From: an uncultured Nitrososphaeraceae archaeon
GTDB lineage: Archaea > Thermoproteota > Nitrososphaeria > Nitrososphaerales > Nitrososphaeraceae
Assembly (NCBI GenBank): GCA_963825865.1
Contig: CAWGVG010000013.1
Span: forward strand, 71,931-135,930
Length of the DNA stretch: 64,000 nt
Reading direction: 5' to 3'
Part shown: positions 61,272 to 64,000 of the stretch, one piece after another
Layout of the letters: every line of letters begins with the position of its first letter
Numbering within the stretch: the stretch's first letter is position 1
The notes under the pieces: model-generated
Told to the model about the DNA's origin: nothing
The model's input: only the letters and a program-made list of their open reading frames with translations
Database searches by the model: none
Program-made: the position numbers and the translations under genes

Positions 61272-61640
61272 AGACTTTTGTAAGAGAGAGATTAGAATTT
61301 ATCAATTTTCTTGATAACTACAATATAAAAAATGTGATCTTTCTTGCCACAGATGTTCATTTTGCTGCTAATGTAAAAGTTGACGAAGATCCAAATCATG
61401 ATGGAAACAGATTGATATTTTATGAATTGGCGAACGGTCCTTTAGTACCTTTGTTAAAGATACTACAAATCCACTTGATCCAACACTTCACGCAAATTAC
61501 CTAACAATGAAAGTGGTTCAACTTCGGTTATGTCACTTTTAAGAAGGTTGATGGAAAGGTCCATTTGATTTATTGTGTTATAGGTACAGATGGTCGTATT
61601 CGTCCCAAATCAGATATGGATTTACCACCGCTGGACTTAG
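61272..61640 (+). pseudogene. PhoD-like alkaline phosphatase C-terminal remnant
   Basis: FVRERLEFINFLDNYNIKNVIFLATDVHFAA..YEL.NGPL..LDPT..NFGYV with broken frame and no N-terminus. Confidence 0.6.
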
Positions 61641-61718
61641 TTATATTGAATAGTTTTGAAATAATCGCATTAGTATTTAGAAAAAACAGTAATATGTCAT
61701 AAAGTTGAGCTAGTTATA

Positions 61719-62186
61719 ATGATAGAACAAAAGCTAAATTCCTTAGGAGTAAAATTATCTGAAGTACAGTCTTCTGCCGTTGGTTCTTTTATTCCAGTCG
61801 TTATAACCGGCAACCTTGCATTTGTCTCTGGTCAGATTCCAATAGAGCAAGGGTCAAATCCAATACAGATCAAATATAAAGGAAAAGTGGGTAGAGATGT
61901 TTCATTAGAAGATGGTCAAGCAGGCAGCAAAACTCTGTGCTATAAATGGGCTATCAGAATTAAAACAAGCACTAGGAGCCTTGATAAGATAAAAAAATTT
62001 GTTAAAGTTTCTGGTTATATCAATTGTGATCCATCTTTTACTGACCATGCCAAAGTAATCAATGGTGCTTCAGATTTTTTAGTGCAGGTTTTCGGTGAAA
62101 AAGGAAAACATGCTAGAGTGTCAGTTGGAGCAAGTAGCTTGGCTTTTGATAGCTCAGTTGAAGTAGATTTCATAGTTGAAGTATGA
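61719..62186 (+). CDS. Rid (YjgF/YER057c/UK114) family protein
   Basis: FVSGQIP, KVSGYIN, VINGASD..VFGE.GKHAR..VG; mid-gene stretch appears out of frame. Confidence 0.85.
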   Translation: MIEQKLNSLGVKLSEVQSSAVGSFIPVVITGNLAFVSGQIPIEQGSNPIQIKYKGKVGRDVSLEDGQAGSKTLCYKWAIRIKTSTRSLDKIKKFVKVSGYINCDPSFTDHAKVINGASDFLVQVFGEKGKHARVSVGASSLAFDSSVEVDFIVEV

Positions 62187-62360
62187 TCTTCTGCCAATCA
62201 GTACTATATCTCTAATAAAAATTATGTACAGTATCAAATACAGTATATTATGGAAAAACTAGTTTGATATGCAAAAATGTATTCATTCCTAACTAAGGAA
62301 ATAAAGAATGTGCATCAAATAGAAGGACAGATTATTCTTGTCGCTTGTTGACTATAAAAA

Positions 62361-63929
62361 TTACTTTGCAACTATCTCTTCTACAGCTCTCAAAGCAGAT
62401 ACTAACGCTCCTTGAATCCAAGCATTATAAAGAGAGCAATGCTCGCCTGCAAAATGAATATTTCCCTCGGGTTGGATAGCGTATTTATAAAGTGTTGTTT
62501 GTTGGCCAGGAAACAAGAACGAAAAACTTCCGCCTGACCATCGATATGAATCCCAAAACATTGATGCATGATCATTCTACTGTCCCTTCATCCGCGACCT
62601 CTGGATGAAATCGAGATATCATAGAAATAACAACATTCTTTCGTTCCTCATCACTCAGTCCTCCCATAACTCGAGCATCCTGTCCCCATGTGTAACTGCC
62701 TAAAAGGACACCAGGGCCTTTGCTAATCTCATCAGATTTTGGTATAAATATACTGCTTTGTTGGCCACTGTATAAGGTGCTATATTTTTGTGAAGGGTAT
62801 ATTATGTCCTTTTCTGCAAGCATTATCTGAAGGATAATAAGTAGCACGAATCAGCTTGTCAGTTTGTGACGCCCCACCTACTATATTATATTTTGTCTCC
62901 CAGAAACGTTGGGAGCAATGCAAGAGCACTTTAGTAGAAGAAGAATAACCTAAGTTGCGAATAGCCTGCATTTTCTCAGGACTGAAAGCAGGAGTAATAT
63001 TTATCCGTCTTAATATTGTGAATGGCAAAGTACAAAGAACAAAGTCGCATACTTCCACTGATGATGAGATATTATTCTTTGAAATTGCTATATTGATCTT
63101 GCCATCATCCTCACCTTTTTTGTGAATACCAGTAACTTGTGTATTTAGCTCTATTGGACTCCTAATCTTTTGTCCCAATTTAGTTGGAAGTAGGTCCATG
63201 CCTCCTATGATCTCATATAGCGTTTCTCCTGGGTCAGCAATAGCCTCTCTTAGAAGCATTGTGGTGGCTCTGTCAAAGAAAGACTCTAGACTATAAACTG
63301 TTACCAATAAGTTCTGTAGCATCGTATCCGGCACGGAGTCGGAGAAATTCTCCCAAGGACAAACGGTCAAGGTCTCGTAATCAATCTGTAACTAAATTAC
63401 CTGTGAGAAGACTAGCCTTTTCTTCATCAGTAAGGCTATCAAAGACATCAGTTATAGTTCTACCAAACATATCTGGTGCTTTTTCATCATCTTCCTGCCT
63501 TGAAGAGAGATGAAATTTAGAATACAGGTGAGCAGGAGCATCTTTCATCCGTATTTGTATATCCCGAATGTCGTAGTAACATTCTAGGTTCTGATGAGCA
63601 GAAATAAACTTTCTTAAACCAAGACCCATTTCTTTTACATAATGGAGTGTATAGTCATGTTCTGAAGGAATACGCATGGCTCCAAGTTCTCCATAAGTCC
63701 TATCATTAAATCGATGTGTCCATACTCTTCCTCCTAGTCGGTGACTAGCTTCAAAAATACGTATGTGTGTCCTAGCTTTTCAAGCTCATATGCTCGTTGC
63801 CAATCCTGCCGTACCGGCACCAAGTATAGTTATGTTTTTCCTAGGACGACCTTGATCAAGTGTTTGTATACGTTGGAGCTGCGATTCAACAACATCAGTC
63901 ATTGTGTGATGCTCTCTATTATTGTACAT
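62361..63929 (-). CDS. Flavin monoamine/L-amino-acid oxidase family protein; several frameshifts
   Basis: ILGAGTAGL, EAS.RLGGRVWT, ELGAMRIP, GGMDLLP, HFAGEH.S..AWIQGA. Confidence 0.85.
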
Positions 63930-64000
63930 AAACTTTATCAAATCGGGTCTGTTGCTGCTGCTAAGGTACAGTTGGGAGTGTATTTATTGTATGAATCACA

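Noticed and set aside
1-64000. CRISPR array, rRNA, integrase/provirus or defence system
   Set aside because: No regularly spaced repeats, GC-rich structural RNA or hallmark genes seen

Overview
AT-rich archaeal DNA, most likely from a soil-type ammonia-oxidising archaeon (Nitrososphaerales). The evidence is gatD/gatE, Lsm-rpl37e, an ADP-forming 3-hydroxypropionyl-CoA ligase-like gene, DnaJ-ferredoxin and an F420-type LLM oxidoreductase. Single-base frameshifts split many genes, including essential ones, which points to uncorrected long-read indels, so split ORFs are merged here. Layout: (i) 1-11.3 kb, an accessory surface-glycan locus with two wecB, two GH26-like hydrolases, two paralogous secreted proteins, one (alpha/alpha)-barrel protein and a repeated TTAAC-N3-GTTAA palindrome; (ii) 12-50 kb, mostly core genes with small accessory inserts; (iii) 50-64 kb, an accessory region with an IS5-family element and an M1 aminopeptidase / Rid / flavin amine oxidase trio. 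Relics of pirin, malic enzyme and phoD genes lie in intergenic space. No tRNA, rRNA or CRISPR array was recognised. All family calls come from motif recognition by eye, not database searches.
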